DNA of 64,000 bases from a virus, in IMG/VR virus record IMGVR_UViG_3300020442_000006, positions 32,001 through 96,000 of that record, one strand, 5' to 3'. Below the pieces are notes generated by a model, which saw only the letters and a list, made by a program, of their open reading frames with translations, ran no database searches and was not told the origin of the DNA. A program made the translations under genes and the position numbers. Positions within the stretch are counted from its first letter, which is position 1. Each line of letters starts with the position of its first letter. Positions 28,150 through 35,696 of the stretch are shown piece after piece.

Positions 28150-28271
28150 TTTACTAACCTCTCTATAGTGTTTTTTCTCTCTGTCAAGACCTCTTTAAGA
28201 TTTGACTCGGAAAGTTCAACTAGGAGATTAATACCTAGTAGAAAAATAATCAAAGTGAATGCAATTCTCAT
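28146..28271 (-). CDS. Small membrane-anchored peptide (41 aa)
   Basis: MRIAFTLIIFLLGINLLVELSESNLKEVLTERKNTIERLVK; ATGA coupling. Confidence 0.55.
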   Translation of the reverse strand: MRIAFTLIIFLLGINLLVELSESNLKEVLTERKNTIERLVK

Positions 28272-28276
28272 TGTAA

Positions 28277-28576
28277 TTAGTGTGAAGTTGATTTGTGTGC
28301 AAGTGCATCGCGAAATCCTTGACGATAGGATGCTTCGCGAGTCTCTGAAAGTTCCTCTAATTCTTCAGCGGTAAAACCACTCTCTTCAAACGCGAGAGCA
28401 TTATCTGAGAACTTTCTTAACTCTTCGATAACCTCATCAAAGGGAAAATTGCGGTTTATGGCATTCTCACCGAATGCTATTTCGTAAACCTCTGCTATAA
28501 ATTCGTCTTTAGTCATTTGTTGTTTAAGTGTGAGATTGTTTAATAAGATTTGAGTATCGAGAAATATATCGTTCAT
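28277..28576 (-). CDS. Early hypothetical protein (99 aa)
   Basis: ORF track; TAATG coupling to the upstream ORF. Confidence 0.65.
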   Translation of the reverse strand: MNDIFLDTQILLNNLTLKQQMTKDEFIAEVYEIAFGENAINRNFPFDEVIEELRKFSDNALAFEESGFTAEELEELSETREASYRQGFRDALAHKSTSH

Positions 28577-28773
28577 TAGAATGGGTTGCTCCAGTTGTAT
28601 GCTTGATAATCGGATACATATCCATCTTTGTTGAGAGAATCTACAAAATTGTTCCAGTCTTCTCTCTTTGCAACTACATCACCACGTAAACTAGGATTCT
28701 GTGCAACTGCTACTGACCAGTTATAACGAAACTGAGCGAGAACTGCTGCTTTTGTTGCTTTCCATTTTGACAT
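28576..28773 (-). CDS. Early hypothetical protein (65 aa)
   Basis: MSKWKATKAAVLAQFRYNW...REDWNNFVDSLNKDGYVSDYQAYNWSNPF; GGAG RBS. Confidence 0.8.
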   Translation of the reverse strand: MSKWKATKAAVLAQFRYNWSVAVAQNPSLRGDVVAKREDWNNFVDSLNKDGYVSDYQAYNWSNPF

Positions 28774-28803
28774 TGAATTTTTCTCCTTTGTTTGTATGTT
28801 CTT

Positions 28804-28862
28804 ATTATAGTGGATTAAAACCCGCCTGTGTAGGGTAGGTGTGCCAGTTCGTTAACTGTCCT
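28804..28862 (-). promoter_or_regulatory. Early promoter cassette 3
   Basis: GTGCCA-N10-TGTCCT at 28841-28862; TATAAT at 28804-28809 (31 bp). Confidence 0.8.
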
Positions 28863-29112
28863 AAAAAGTGGTCAGTCTTAACTGTCTCATCTATCATTTA
28901 TTAAGGGGACTATTAAAATATGCCTTATTAACTGTGTATAGAGTGAAAATTGCAACTAGGATACCAAAGAAACCTAAAATAAGGATAGGACTCTGGGGAA
29001 AATCGTAAGTTGGGATGGGTGTAGTCAAAAATGTCATTTTAGTTGTTAGGATTGTAGTAATTAAGAATGAAAAGTAAAATTGCTATGATGAGCAATATGG
29101 ATATAAAAATAA

Positions 29113-29292
29113 TCATAGTCCGTAAATCCTATCCTCTTTTTTAACAACATCGTCACCAGTATTACAAACTAGATCAACAAGTGAATCGAAATCTTCTTCG
29201 ATCATATCGCCGCCAACTCCCAACTCATTGAAATAGCGAAGCATTTGAACTAGAACTGCGTCCTGTTTTTCGTTTAGTGTGTATGTAGTCAT
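29113..29292 (-). CDS. Early hypothetical protein (59 aa)
   Basis: Hand translation MTTYTLNEKQDAVLVQMLRYFNELGVGGDMIEEDFDSLVDLV...; GAGG RBS. Confidence 0.7.
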   Translation of the reverse strand: MTTYTLNEKQDAVLVQMLRYFNELGVGGDMIEEDFDSLVDLVCNTGDDVVKKEDRIYGL

Positions 29293-29315
29293 AAAACCTC
29301 TTTGTGTATGTTCTT

Positions 29316-29373
29316 ATTATAAAGGATGTGTGGGTGTAATGGGGAAACTGTGTGACACTAATGAAAGTGTCAC
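29316..29373 (-). promoter_or_regulatory. Early promoter cassette 4
   Basis: GTGACA-N10-TGTCAC at 29352-29373; TATAAT at 29316-29321 (30 bp). Confidence 0.85.
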
Positions 29374-29387
29374 AACTGCGGTTGACT

Positions 29388-29768
29388 TTAGTAAATAATG
29401 CACTTATTAGATACTGTGACTATCATAAAACCGCACTTCTTTAAGATATTCTTATATCTTGTAACCTGATAGTCATCGCGATATGCTGAGAGATCATTGC
29501 CAAATGCAATATAACTCACTCTAGCATTTTGAGATTTGTCAAGATGAATTGCTCTATATTCTTCGATCGAAATATCATCGTGTGCTTCTTCATAAACAAC
29601 TTTCGCAACAACTTCGCCGCCGATCAATATATTTGAAAACATACTTTGATCGTGCTTATGATGTATTGACATACCATTTTTCCAGTCACCACTTCCATAA
29701 GTGTTAATTGCATCAACTAGTAATTTTTGGTATGTGTCAAGTTTGGGTTGAGTTGCTGTTAATGTCAT
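29388..29768 (-). CDS. Early hypothetical protein (126 aa)
   Basis: ORF track; directly follows cassette 5. Confidence 0.75.
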   Translation of the reverse strand: MTLTATQPKLDTYQKLLVDAINTYGSGDWKNGMSIHHKHDQSMFSNILIGGEVVAKVVYEEAHDDISIEEYRAIHLDKSQNARVSYIAFGNDLSAYRDDYQVTRYKNILKKCGFMIVTVSNKCIIY

Positions 29769-29793
29769 TTGTTTTTTTGTTGCTTATATGCTT

Positions 29794-29852
29794 ATTATAG
29801 AGGAAGATTGCTCAATAAAAAACACCGTGTGTGCCACTAATACAAGTGTCAC
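29794..29852 (-). promoter_or_regulatory. Early promoter cassette 5
   Basis: GTGCCA-N10-TGTCAC at 29831-29852; TATAAT at 29794-29799 (31 bp). Confidence 0.85.
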
Positions 29853-29854
29853 AA

Positions 29855-30079
29855 CTAGAATCGCTCTAATACTTTGCATTTGGTATAATCTGAAACTGGG
29901 TGATAATTGCCTGACGTTGATTCATCGGTGCATATTTCAAGTTGGGGATTTGCATATTTTCCCCATCTTATAATAACTTGCCCGATAATTCTCTTGCCAT
30001 TGTCATTAGTGTAGGCAACTGTGTCACCTACTGAGATCTCGGAAAATGTCTCGTATGTGTTGTAACTAGGCATATGCAA
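29855..30079 (-). CDS. Early hypothetical protein (74 aa)
   Basis: ORF track. Confidence 0.6.
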   Translation of the reverse strand: MHMPSYNTYETFSEISVGDTVAYTNDNGKRIIGQVIIRWGKYANPQLEICTDESTSGNYHPVSDYTKCKVLERF

Positions 30080-30296
30080 CCGCCCTTGATTCGATGATAA
30101 TATCTCTCACTCTCTCGCGATCGAGTGAATCACCATCACCAAATTCAATATCGGTTGATGCACATAAATCGAGATATTTTAAGATCGCGATTGCTATCTC
30201 ACCTTGAGTTAAACCGTCTATTGGATATAATACATCTGCGTGATATGGTGCATAAAACATTTCGATGTACTGTAGAAATTCTTGAAAGTTGTGCAT
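30066..30296 (-). CDS. Early hypothetical protein (76 aa)
   Basis: ORF track; FGDGDSLDRERVRDI motif; follows cassette 6. Confidence 0.75.
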   Translation of the reverse strand: MHNFQEFLQYIEMFYAPYHADVLYPIDGLTQGEIAIAILKYLDLCASTDIEFGDGDSLDRERVRDIIIESRAVAYA

Positions 30297-30318
30297 TTGT
30301 TTTGTTGTGTATGTACTT

Positions 30319-30376
30319 ATTATAAAGGCATATTGCCGAGATTAGTTATACTGTGTGCCACTAATATAACTGTCAC
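30319..30376 (-). promoter_or_regulatory. Early promoter cassette 6
   Basis: GTGCCA-N10-TGTCAC at 30355-30376; TATAAT at 30319-30324 (30 bp). Confidence 0.85.
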
Positions 30377-30629
30377 ACTTAACCAAATGAATGGGAATTG
30401 TAGTGTGTTCTAATTGGTTTGGGTGCCTTGAGATCTTTTTTAGGTTTTGTAACCTGTAGATAGATCTTTAATAATTGCTCACTTTTCATTGTGTGTTTTT
30501 ACCAAATAGTCCCCAGTTTGGATTGCTTCAAAAACTGCGGTTTGATTGTCTGTTAGGGGATAATCCATATCTCTTAGGGTATCCCATAATTTGATCATTT
30601 CATATGCCTGATCAAATGAAACTGGTATA

Positions 30630-30851
30630 TTAAGCATCGTAGTTAACTCCTGAGAATACTCTTAACTGAGTTGCATAGTTAACCAACTGATTGAAACCGT
30701 CCTCATTAACCTTTATCTCATCAAGTAATTTTGAGTCTGCACACTCATCTAGGTATCTCATAATAGTTTCAAATTGCTCTAATGCTTCAAAACTAAATCC
30801 AGTCTCTGCTTCAACTTGTGAGCGATCTGGGAAAGTGTTGTTTTCAATCAT
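30630..30851 (-). CDS. Early hypothetical protein (73 aa)
   Basis: ORF track; follows cassette 7. Confidence 0.7.
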   Translation of the reverse strand: MIENNTFPDRSQVEAETGFSFEALEQFETIMRYLDECADSKLLDEIKVNEDGFNQLVNYATQLRVFSGVNYDA

Positions 30852-30876
30852 TTGTTTCTGTGTTGCTTATGTTATT

Positions 30877-30934
30877 ATTATAGTCAATGTGTGTGAACTA
30901 TGGTGTTAGTTTGTGCCACTTATATAAGTGTCAC
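30877..30934 (-). promoter_or_regulatory. Early promoter cassette 7
   Basis: GTGCCA-N10-TGTCAC at 30913-30934; TATAAT at 30877-30882 (30 bp). Confidence 0.85.
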
Positions 30935-30946
30935 ATAAACACTTGA

Positions 30947-31165
30947 CTATGCAGTTTGTAGTTCTTCTAATAGTGAATCGAGTTCCTCAGCACAACAACC
31001 ACATCGCCATCCTTGAATCTCGTCACCATAGTATGCATAACGATTGACATACCTACCAGTTCCAAATTTACAAGACTGGTCGCAGTCAACACAAATTTCT
31101 TGCCCAAATATGTCTCTTATCATTGGCACATATCCTCGAATCTCTCGCGAGCAATATATTCGCAA
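30947..31165 (-). CDS. Early Cys-rich hypothetical protein (72 aa)
   Basis: CVDCDQSC...GRYVNRY...CGCC pattern, possible Zn binding; the real start may be internal. Confidence 0.6.
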   Translation of the reverse strand: MRIYCSREIRGYVPMIRDIFGQEICVDCDQSCKFGTGRYVNRYAYYGDEIQGWRCGCCAEELDSLLEELQTA

Positions 31166-31440
31166 TGCTCTTGTAATGCTTCGGGGGTGAACATTTTATC
31201 CATCCCAGTTTTTTCCATTAGTTCCATTTCTTCTTCGAAGAATGTTTCTAACATATCTGCGTGATGTGCTACTGACATTTACACTTCCTCCCAGTAAACT
31301 GTGTCTACTTTCTTGTAAAGATCAGCAACTTTACATCCCTTCCTTCTAGCAACTTGTCTTGCTATCATTGCTTCCCATCTTAGGAAACTTTCATAACGTT
31401 GTTTGTTTGTCATTTAAGTTTGTTGTTTGTTTATATTATT

Positions 31441-31498
31441 ATTATAGTAAATGTGTGGTTAGTATGGTGTTATGATGTGACACTTATTTAACTGTCAC
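31441..31498 (-). promoter_or_regulatory. Early promoter cassette 8
   Basis: GTGACA-N10-TGTCAC at 31477-31498; TATAAT at 31441-31446 (30 bp). Confidence 0.85.
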
Positions 31499-31727
31499 CT
31501 GTCCAGTCCATAAATATCCACTCATATGTACCATCTTCGGGGTCACGTCCATTAACTACGAACTCCTTAAAAATTGCGTCAGCATCCTCAAAACGATTGC
31601 TATCAATGTGACTAGTAACCATTTTCATATAATGCTCACCGAGGTGATCGATTGACTGTTGCATTTCGTTAGTAAAATCGCCGTGGTCGTGATACTCGTG
31701 GATTTCTCTAGAGAATTCTTGTTCCAT
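31488..31727 (-). CDS. Early acidic hypothetical protein (79 aa)
   Basis: ORF track; stop lies inside the palindrome of cassette 8. Confidence 0.7.
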   Translation of the reverse strand: MEQEFSREIHEYHDHGDFTNEMQQSIDHLGEHYMKMVTSHIDSNRFEDADAIFKEFVVNGRDPEDGTYEWIFMDWTGDS

Positions 31728-32211
31728 AGGTTTGGATTGCTTTGTTTGGGATTGTGTAACCTAGACGTGGGTCTTTTCTAACAGTATTAGAGTGAAATTG
31801 CTTCTTTAGACTAGGTAGCAGCAATTTAAGTACGTCATCGCCTGACATTTGCCAGACTTCAACAACTTGACCATTATGGTATCGTGCAAAGAAGTGATCT
31901 TTGTACTTACCAATTTTTTCTTCCTTCAGATACTTAACTTGATCTTCCCAAGTATCTTGAACTGAAATACCGTTGTATGTAGCGGTTAATTTCTTACCTA
32001 TAGTAGATTTATACTCTACTGGATTGCCAGATTGATCAAATGCATCAGCACCTGAGTAATCATCAGCAACTTTATGCCCTAGTATGCCTGCAAGATGTAT
32101 CTCTCTTGATCTAGCATAACTGAATGGGTCACCCCATCCGTGCTGATCGCATAGAGCATACATTTGCTCAAATAACTGTTGATACTGTTGTTCGGGTGTG
32201 GTCACTTGCAT
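31708..32211 (-). CDS. PvuII-fold PD-(D/E)xK endonuclease (167 aa; likely start MQVTTPEQ at 32211)
   Basis: GADAFDQSGNPVEYKS aligns with PvuII GNDAVDNAGQEYELKS (recalled from memory) with the same D-x9-E-x-K spacing. HGWGDPF resembles HGINDIF, and C-terminal TIPNKAIQTYGTRIL resembles KIPVKYVMEHGTKIY. The track start at 32292 lies inside the promoter palindrome. Confidence 0.75.
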   Translation of the reverse strand: MQVTTPEQQYQQLFEQMYALCDQHGWGDPFSYARSREIHLAGILGHKVADDYSGADAFDQSGNPVEYKSTIGKKLTATYNGISVQDTWEDQVKYLKEEKIGKYKDHFFARYHNGQVVEVWQMSGDDVLKLLLPSLKKQFHSNTVRKDPRLGYTIPNKAIQTYGTRIL

Positions 32212-32233
32212 TTCTTTGTTTGTCGATACCTCT

Positions 32234-32292
32234 ATTATAAGGGGTGAATCGCCCTGTTGTGCATTTAGTTGTGCCACTTGTTGAACTGTCAT
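32234..32292 (-). promoter_or_regulatory. Early promoter cassette 9 (drives the endonuclease)
   Basis: GTGCCA-N10-TGTCAT at 32271-32292; TATAAT at 32234-32239 (31 bp). Confidence 0.8.
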
Positions 32293-32296
32293 AGTA

Positions 32297-32473
32297 TCAC
32301 TCGTAAATTAGTCCTTCATCGATTAGAAGTTTAACAGTCCGACCATAATGCCCTTGCAACCATTGATATGCCTTTGTGTCATATATTTGTTGGAAGAGGA
32401 AAAAGAAATCGTCCTCTGAGATTGTACCGTTCTCATATGAGAGCAGCAGGTCAAGATCAGGTGTCATAATCAT
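32297..32473 (-). CDS. Early hypothetical protein (58 aa)
   Basis: Hand translation MIMTPDLDLLLSYENGTISEDDFFFLFQQIYDTKAYQWLQGHYGRTVKLLIDEGLIYE. Confidence 0.7.
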   Translation of the reverse strand: MIMTPDLDLLLSYENGTISEDDFFFLFQQIYDTKAYQWLQGHYGRTVKLLIDEGLIYE

Positions 32474-32486
32474 TTTTTAATTTGAA

Positions 32487-32705
32487 TCAGCAGCAAGCGG
32501 GAAAATACTCTTGTGGTTCAGTCAGGAAATCAGTCACTTGATAACCAATATCAATGCGTGAGTTGATTGTCTCCTTCATTTCTTTTTTAGTCATCAGTCT
32601 GATAGACATTGCATCACCCTTCAATTTGAGAGTGTAAACAAACTTGTCAGTCAGGATGTTGTGGGGACGGAACTCGCATTGCATTGAACCAGATGTGAGT
32701 TGCAT
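32487..32705 (-). CDS. Early hypothetical protein (72 aa)
   Basis: ORF track; GGAG RBS after cassette 10. Confidence 0.75.
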   Translation of the reverse strand: MQLTSGSMQCEFRPHNILTDKFVYTLKLKGDAMSIRLMTKKEMKETINSRIDIGYQVTDFLTEPQEYFPACC

Positions 32706-32728
32706 AGTTGTCTCCGTTTGCTTTACTC

Positions 32729-33052
32729 TTATATTATAGAGGACGGTGCGAGGTCTAGTGGGTCAGGTGTGACAGTTTGTGGACTGGCACTAAGTGTCAT
32801 TTGTTTCCAGTCTTCGAACTCCGTACCATAGTTTGCTTCAACTAGTGGTTTAATTTGTTTGAATAATCCTATGATTGCATCCTTACCGAAATCATCGTGT
32901 TCAATAGTATCGTGACCAGTACAAGATGAACCCCACGATGTTACATCGCTATCAATACGTGCAACTAGTCCACGTGTATAGTAATGCAATAATCCTAGTT
33001 CTCTACGTGATAGAGCGATTGTAAATTCTTTTTTGTTGTTAGTATGATTCAT
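32729..33052 (-). CDS. Early hypothetical protein (107 aa)
   Basis: ORF track; the C-terminal ~20 codons read through the whole of cassette 10. Confidence 0.65.
   Translation of the reverse strand: MNHTNNKKEFTIALSRRELGLLHYYTRGLVARIDSDVTSWGSSCTGHDTIEHDDFGKDAIIGLFKQIKPLVEANYGTEFEDWKQMTLSASPQTVTPDPLDLAPSSII
32733..32790 (-). promoter_or_regulatory. Early promoter cassette 10
   Basis: GTGACA-N10-TGGCAC at 32769-32790; TATAAT at 32733-32738 (30 bp). Confidence 0.85.
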
Positions 33053-33511
33053 AAATCTCCTTCATTATGTTGACTGCATTGAATAGGTCGATGTGTGCAG
33101 CGTCAGGTTCATCGCCATTTTCTTTAAGTTCTGATTTATAAATGTCAGGTAGATCTCTGACTGCATCATAAATTTCTTCGAACTGTCCTGTAGTGAGTTT
33201 TAGAGTTATCATACTATTCTCGCATCAATAACTGTTACTGGGTCTAAGAAGAAACCATTGTCAACTGCGTTGACTACTACATTTTGTGTGAGTGGTTCAC
33301 CGTCAGGGCAATTAATCTCGTCCTCGGTGTCAACTTCAACTAGTAATGTGACTTGTACTCTTGTCATTGTTTTGAATTAGTGAATATCGAGAGCGAGGGT
33401 ATCCCTCAGCGTTTGGTAATGTGAGCAACGCTCTCGAAATGGTGTGTGGAAGAGATTCGAATTAAAGAGCATTTTCCTCTGGGGTCGCTCACTCTTGCCT
33501 TCCACATTTAT

Positions 33512-33570
33512 AATATACCAATAAAAAAGACCCCTGTGGGGTCTCATTAGTACAGTTATTTAATTGGCAC
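33512..33570 (-). promoter_or_regulatory. Early promoter cassette 11 (one degenerate half-site)
   Basis: AGTACA-N10-TGGCAC at 33549-33570; TATATT at 33512-33517 (31 bp). Confidence 0.6.
33523..33545 (-). terminator. Intrinsic terminator embedded in cassette 11
   Basis: Minus strand AGACCCC-ACA-GGGGTCT followed by TTTTT. Confidence 0.75.
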
Positions 33571-33575
33571 ATTGT

Positions 33576-34004
33576 TTACCAGAATGTTCCCAAATGTGTT
33601 ACTTTATCGAAGAATGCTTCGCGATATGTATCATCGATGCTGTTAGCGTCTACGTTGTAAAGATCTCCCTTGAGTTTCTTACATTTACCTGTAGACCCTT
33701 CAATCCACATTAAAACTTTAGTGTGTCCACCTCGGTCGGGTGGTGCTGTTGCGGTGATCTTGATGTCATCGCCATCATCTTCCTTAGCGAATGACCACGT
33801 GACACTACTGTCACCTGCTACAACTTTGTCTCTCTTACTGAGAATGACATTCACGTGGGTATGGATTTGTCTCGCGAGTTCTGTTGTGGTTCCTACAGAC
33901 TCAGCAATTCTCTTGTCAATATTGGCGAGTCTATATGCCTTCGCCTTCTCTGACAATTTAGTGAGTAGCAAATCTGCATACCCATTAACTGCTGTCGTTG
34001 CCAT
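33576..34004 (-). CDS. Early hypothetical protein (142 aa)
   Basis: ORF track; ends just before the terminator. Confidence 0.75.
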   Translation of the reverse strand: MATTAVNGYADLLLTKLSEKAKAYRLANIDKRIAESVGTTTELARQIHTHVNVILSKRDKVVAGDSSVTWSFAKEDDGDDIKITATAPPDRGGHTKVLMWIEGSTGKCKKLKGDLYNVDANSIDDTYREAFFDKVTHLGTFW

Positions 34005-34041
34005 TGTTAATCTCTGAAATAACTGTACTTGATAGAGTTAT

Positions 34042-35337
34042 TTATGCAACTAGCGACTCGGGGTGAATACCGTGGACGAAAATTGAATCTACAACTCTTT
34101 GAAGACGCTGTGCAATGTGCTTACCATAGTTTGTATAGGTCGGTACTGTCACATAACCAGTTGGTTTGCGATACATATCAAGTTTGCCTGCTGTCAACTG
34201 ACCTGATCGAATTCTTGCAGCGTCCTCTTTATGTAGGCGAATAACACGACCAATAGTTTGTGCCATTTCGACTGTCTGAAGTTGACGCAACAAAATGGTA
34301 TGAGTCAGACCGTGGACGTTGATACCTTCGCTAAGGATAGAGTAATGGAAGATGATAAACTTGCGATCATCATCACGTCCGAACTCATCCATAGTTTTGA
34401 AAAACTGCTCACGGTTCACTTTCTTGTCATTGACAAATGCACCAAACTTAGATGTGACGTGGAGAACATCATATCCACGTGACTTGAGTTCAACAAGCAA
34501 TTTAGTCTTACTGAGCATATGTCCCAAGATCTTAGAACTAGGAACTGCAACCAATACTTTGGATGCATTCTTGTCATCAAGATTGTCAAGTACGTCAAGA
34601 ACTGTCTGGGTATCAGTATCCCAACTCATTTTCTTGACTCTCTCAATATCTTGCTCAAAAGGAACAATAGTTGGGGGGATGATAGAACCACTTGCGATCA
34701 ACTCGGGTGCAGGTACTTGTTCAATGATTTGTCCATATACCTGACTGTTGTTCATACCACGTTGGTGCCTACGTGCTACACGTGGTGTTGCTGTAAAGAA
34801 GTAGCAACGCTTAGCGATTGCACTAATATCTTCAGTAGAATCAAAGAAATTACGTGTTACGCTGTTGTGTGCTTCATCAAAGTATGCTACGTCAATTTCA
34901 AGTTGGTGCTTAGTTACTGCTTCAACAACTCTACGAAGAGAGTGATAAGTTGTGAAAATAACATTAGTAGCAACTGCACTCTTTGCCCTGTTGTCCTTGA
35001 TGAACTGAGCAAGTTTATCTGGTTTGGTACCAGAATCATAATTTGTCTCACCTGAGTGGACGTGATAGACGTGAACCCAGTCTGCTTTAAGGAACTGCAT
35101 AAACTCCTCGCACAACTGATTGGCAAGAAGAATACGAGGTGCAACCACCACAATGGTGCTGTTGCTGTTAGTATTGAGCGTTCTCAAAGCATCGTAGATC
35201 ATACACATCGTCTTACCACCACCAGTAGGGATAATAACCTGTCCCTTAGTGTTACGCTTCATTGCGTCAACTGCTCTCTGTTGGTGCTTGCGAAGATTTA
35301 CGCTCAAATGTCTGTCCGTGATTGATAGACATATCAT
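34042..35337 (-). CDS. Superfamily 2 (DEAD/ResIII-like) helicase; probable true start TTG at 35307
   Basis: LRKHQ (Q motif), PTGGGKT (Walker A), FDEAHN (motif II), FFTATP (III), ILSEGINV (V), QTIGRVIR (VI). The track start overlaps the -10 box. Confidence 0.9.
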   Translation of the reverse strand: MICLSITDRHLSVNLRKHQQRAVDAMKRNTKGQVIIPTGGGKTMCMIYDALRTLNTNSNSTIVVVAPRILLANQLCEEFMQFLKADWVHVYHVHSGETNYDSGTKPDKLAQFIKDNRAKSAVATNVIFTTYHSLRRVVEAVTKHQLEIDVAYFDEAHNSVTRNFFDSTEDISAIAKRCYFFTATPRVARRHQRGMNNSQVYGQIIEQVPAPELIASGSIIPPTIVPFEQDIERVKKMSWDTDTQTVLDVLDNLDDKNASKVLVAVPSSKILGHMLSKTKLLVELKSRGYDVLHVTSKFGAFVNDKKVNREQFFKTMDEFGRDDDRKFIIFHYSILSEGINVHGLTHTILLRQLQTVEMAQTIGRVIRLHKEDAARIRSGQLTAGKLDMYRKPTGYVTVPTYTNYGKHIAQRLQRVVDSIFVHGIHPESLVA

Positions 35338-35392
35338 AGCACATAAAAAACCACCCGAGGGGGTGTCGGGTGGTCACTTCTTGAACTGTCAC
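35333..35392 (-). promoter_or_regulatory. Early promoter cassette 12 (first of the array, degenerate)
   Basis: TGGTCA-N10-TGTCAC at 35371-35392; TATGAT at 35333-35338 (32 bp). Confidence 0.6.
35345..35374 (-). terminator. Intrinsic terminator embedded in cassette 12
   Basis: Minus strand ACCACCCGA-7 nt-TCGGGTGGT followed by TTTTT. Confidence 0.8.
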
Positions 35393-35393
35393 T

Positions 35394-35552
35394 CTACCAT
35401 ATATCTTTACAGATTCGTTTGCACTCGTGTGGGTGCTGTTCGATAGAGCATTCAATTAAACAGTCGAAATAGTCATTGATTAAGTCCATTTCCTCGTTAG
35501 AGTGTGATTCAGACCATTCTGCTAACTGCTCCTTTGCTATAAGATTGTGCAT
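35394..35552 (-). CDS. Small Cys-containing protein (52 aa)
   Basis: Hand translation MHNLIAKEQLAEWSESHSNEEMDLINDYFDCLIECSIEQHPHECKRICKDIW. Confidence 0.7.
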   Translation of the reverse strand: MHNLIAKEQLAEWSESHSNEEMDLINDYFDCLIECSIEQHPHECKRICKDIW

Positions 35553-35696
35553 CTGCCTTACCTGTAACTGAAATCATAATGTAGGAAGATTAGGGTGCAT
35601 CGCTCTCCTCTAATTCTAGTATTATTTAGAAATGTTTGTAAATCATAACGTAGTTTTGTAAAAATAAAACACAACTAAACAATAATTCACACATCT

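Noticed and set aside
29381-30970. TTGACT hexamers on the plus strand just after palindromes 4 and 7 as divergent promoters
   Set aside because: No TAnnnT box at 16-18 bp spacing (TATTAG, TCTAAT).
32212-32292. N-terminal extension MTVQQVAQL... of the endonuclease; similar long starts at 35337, 36436, 38042, 43213, 57779 and 58603
   Set aside because: They overlap promoters or upstream genes; downstream starts fit better.
27455-35392. Repeated palindromes as a CRISPR array, REP elements or CRP/NtcA boxes
   Set aside because: Repeats are about 500 bp or more apart with genes between them, only the half-sites are conserved, and the spacing matches neither CRP nor NtcA.
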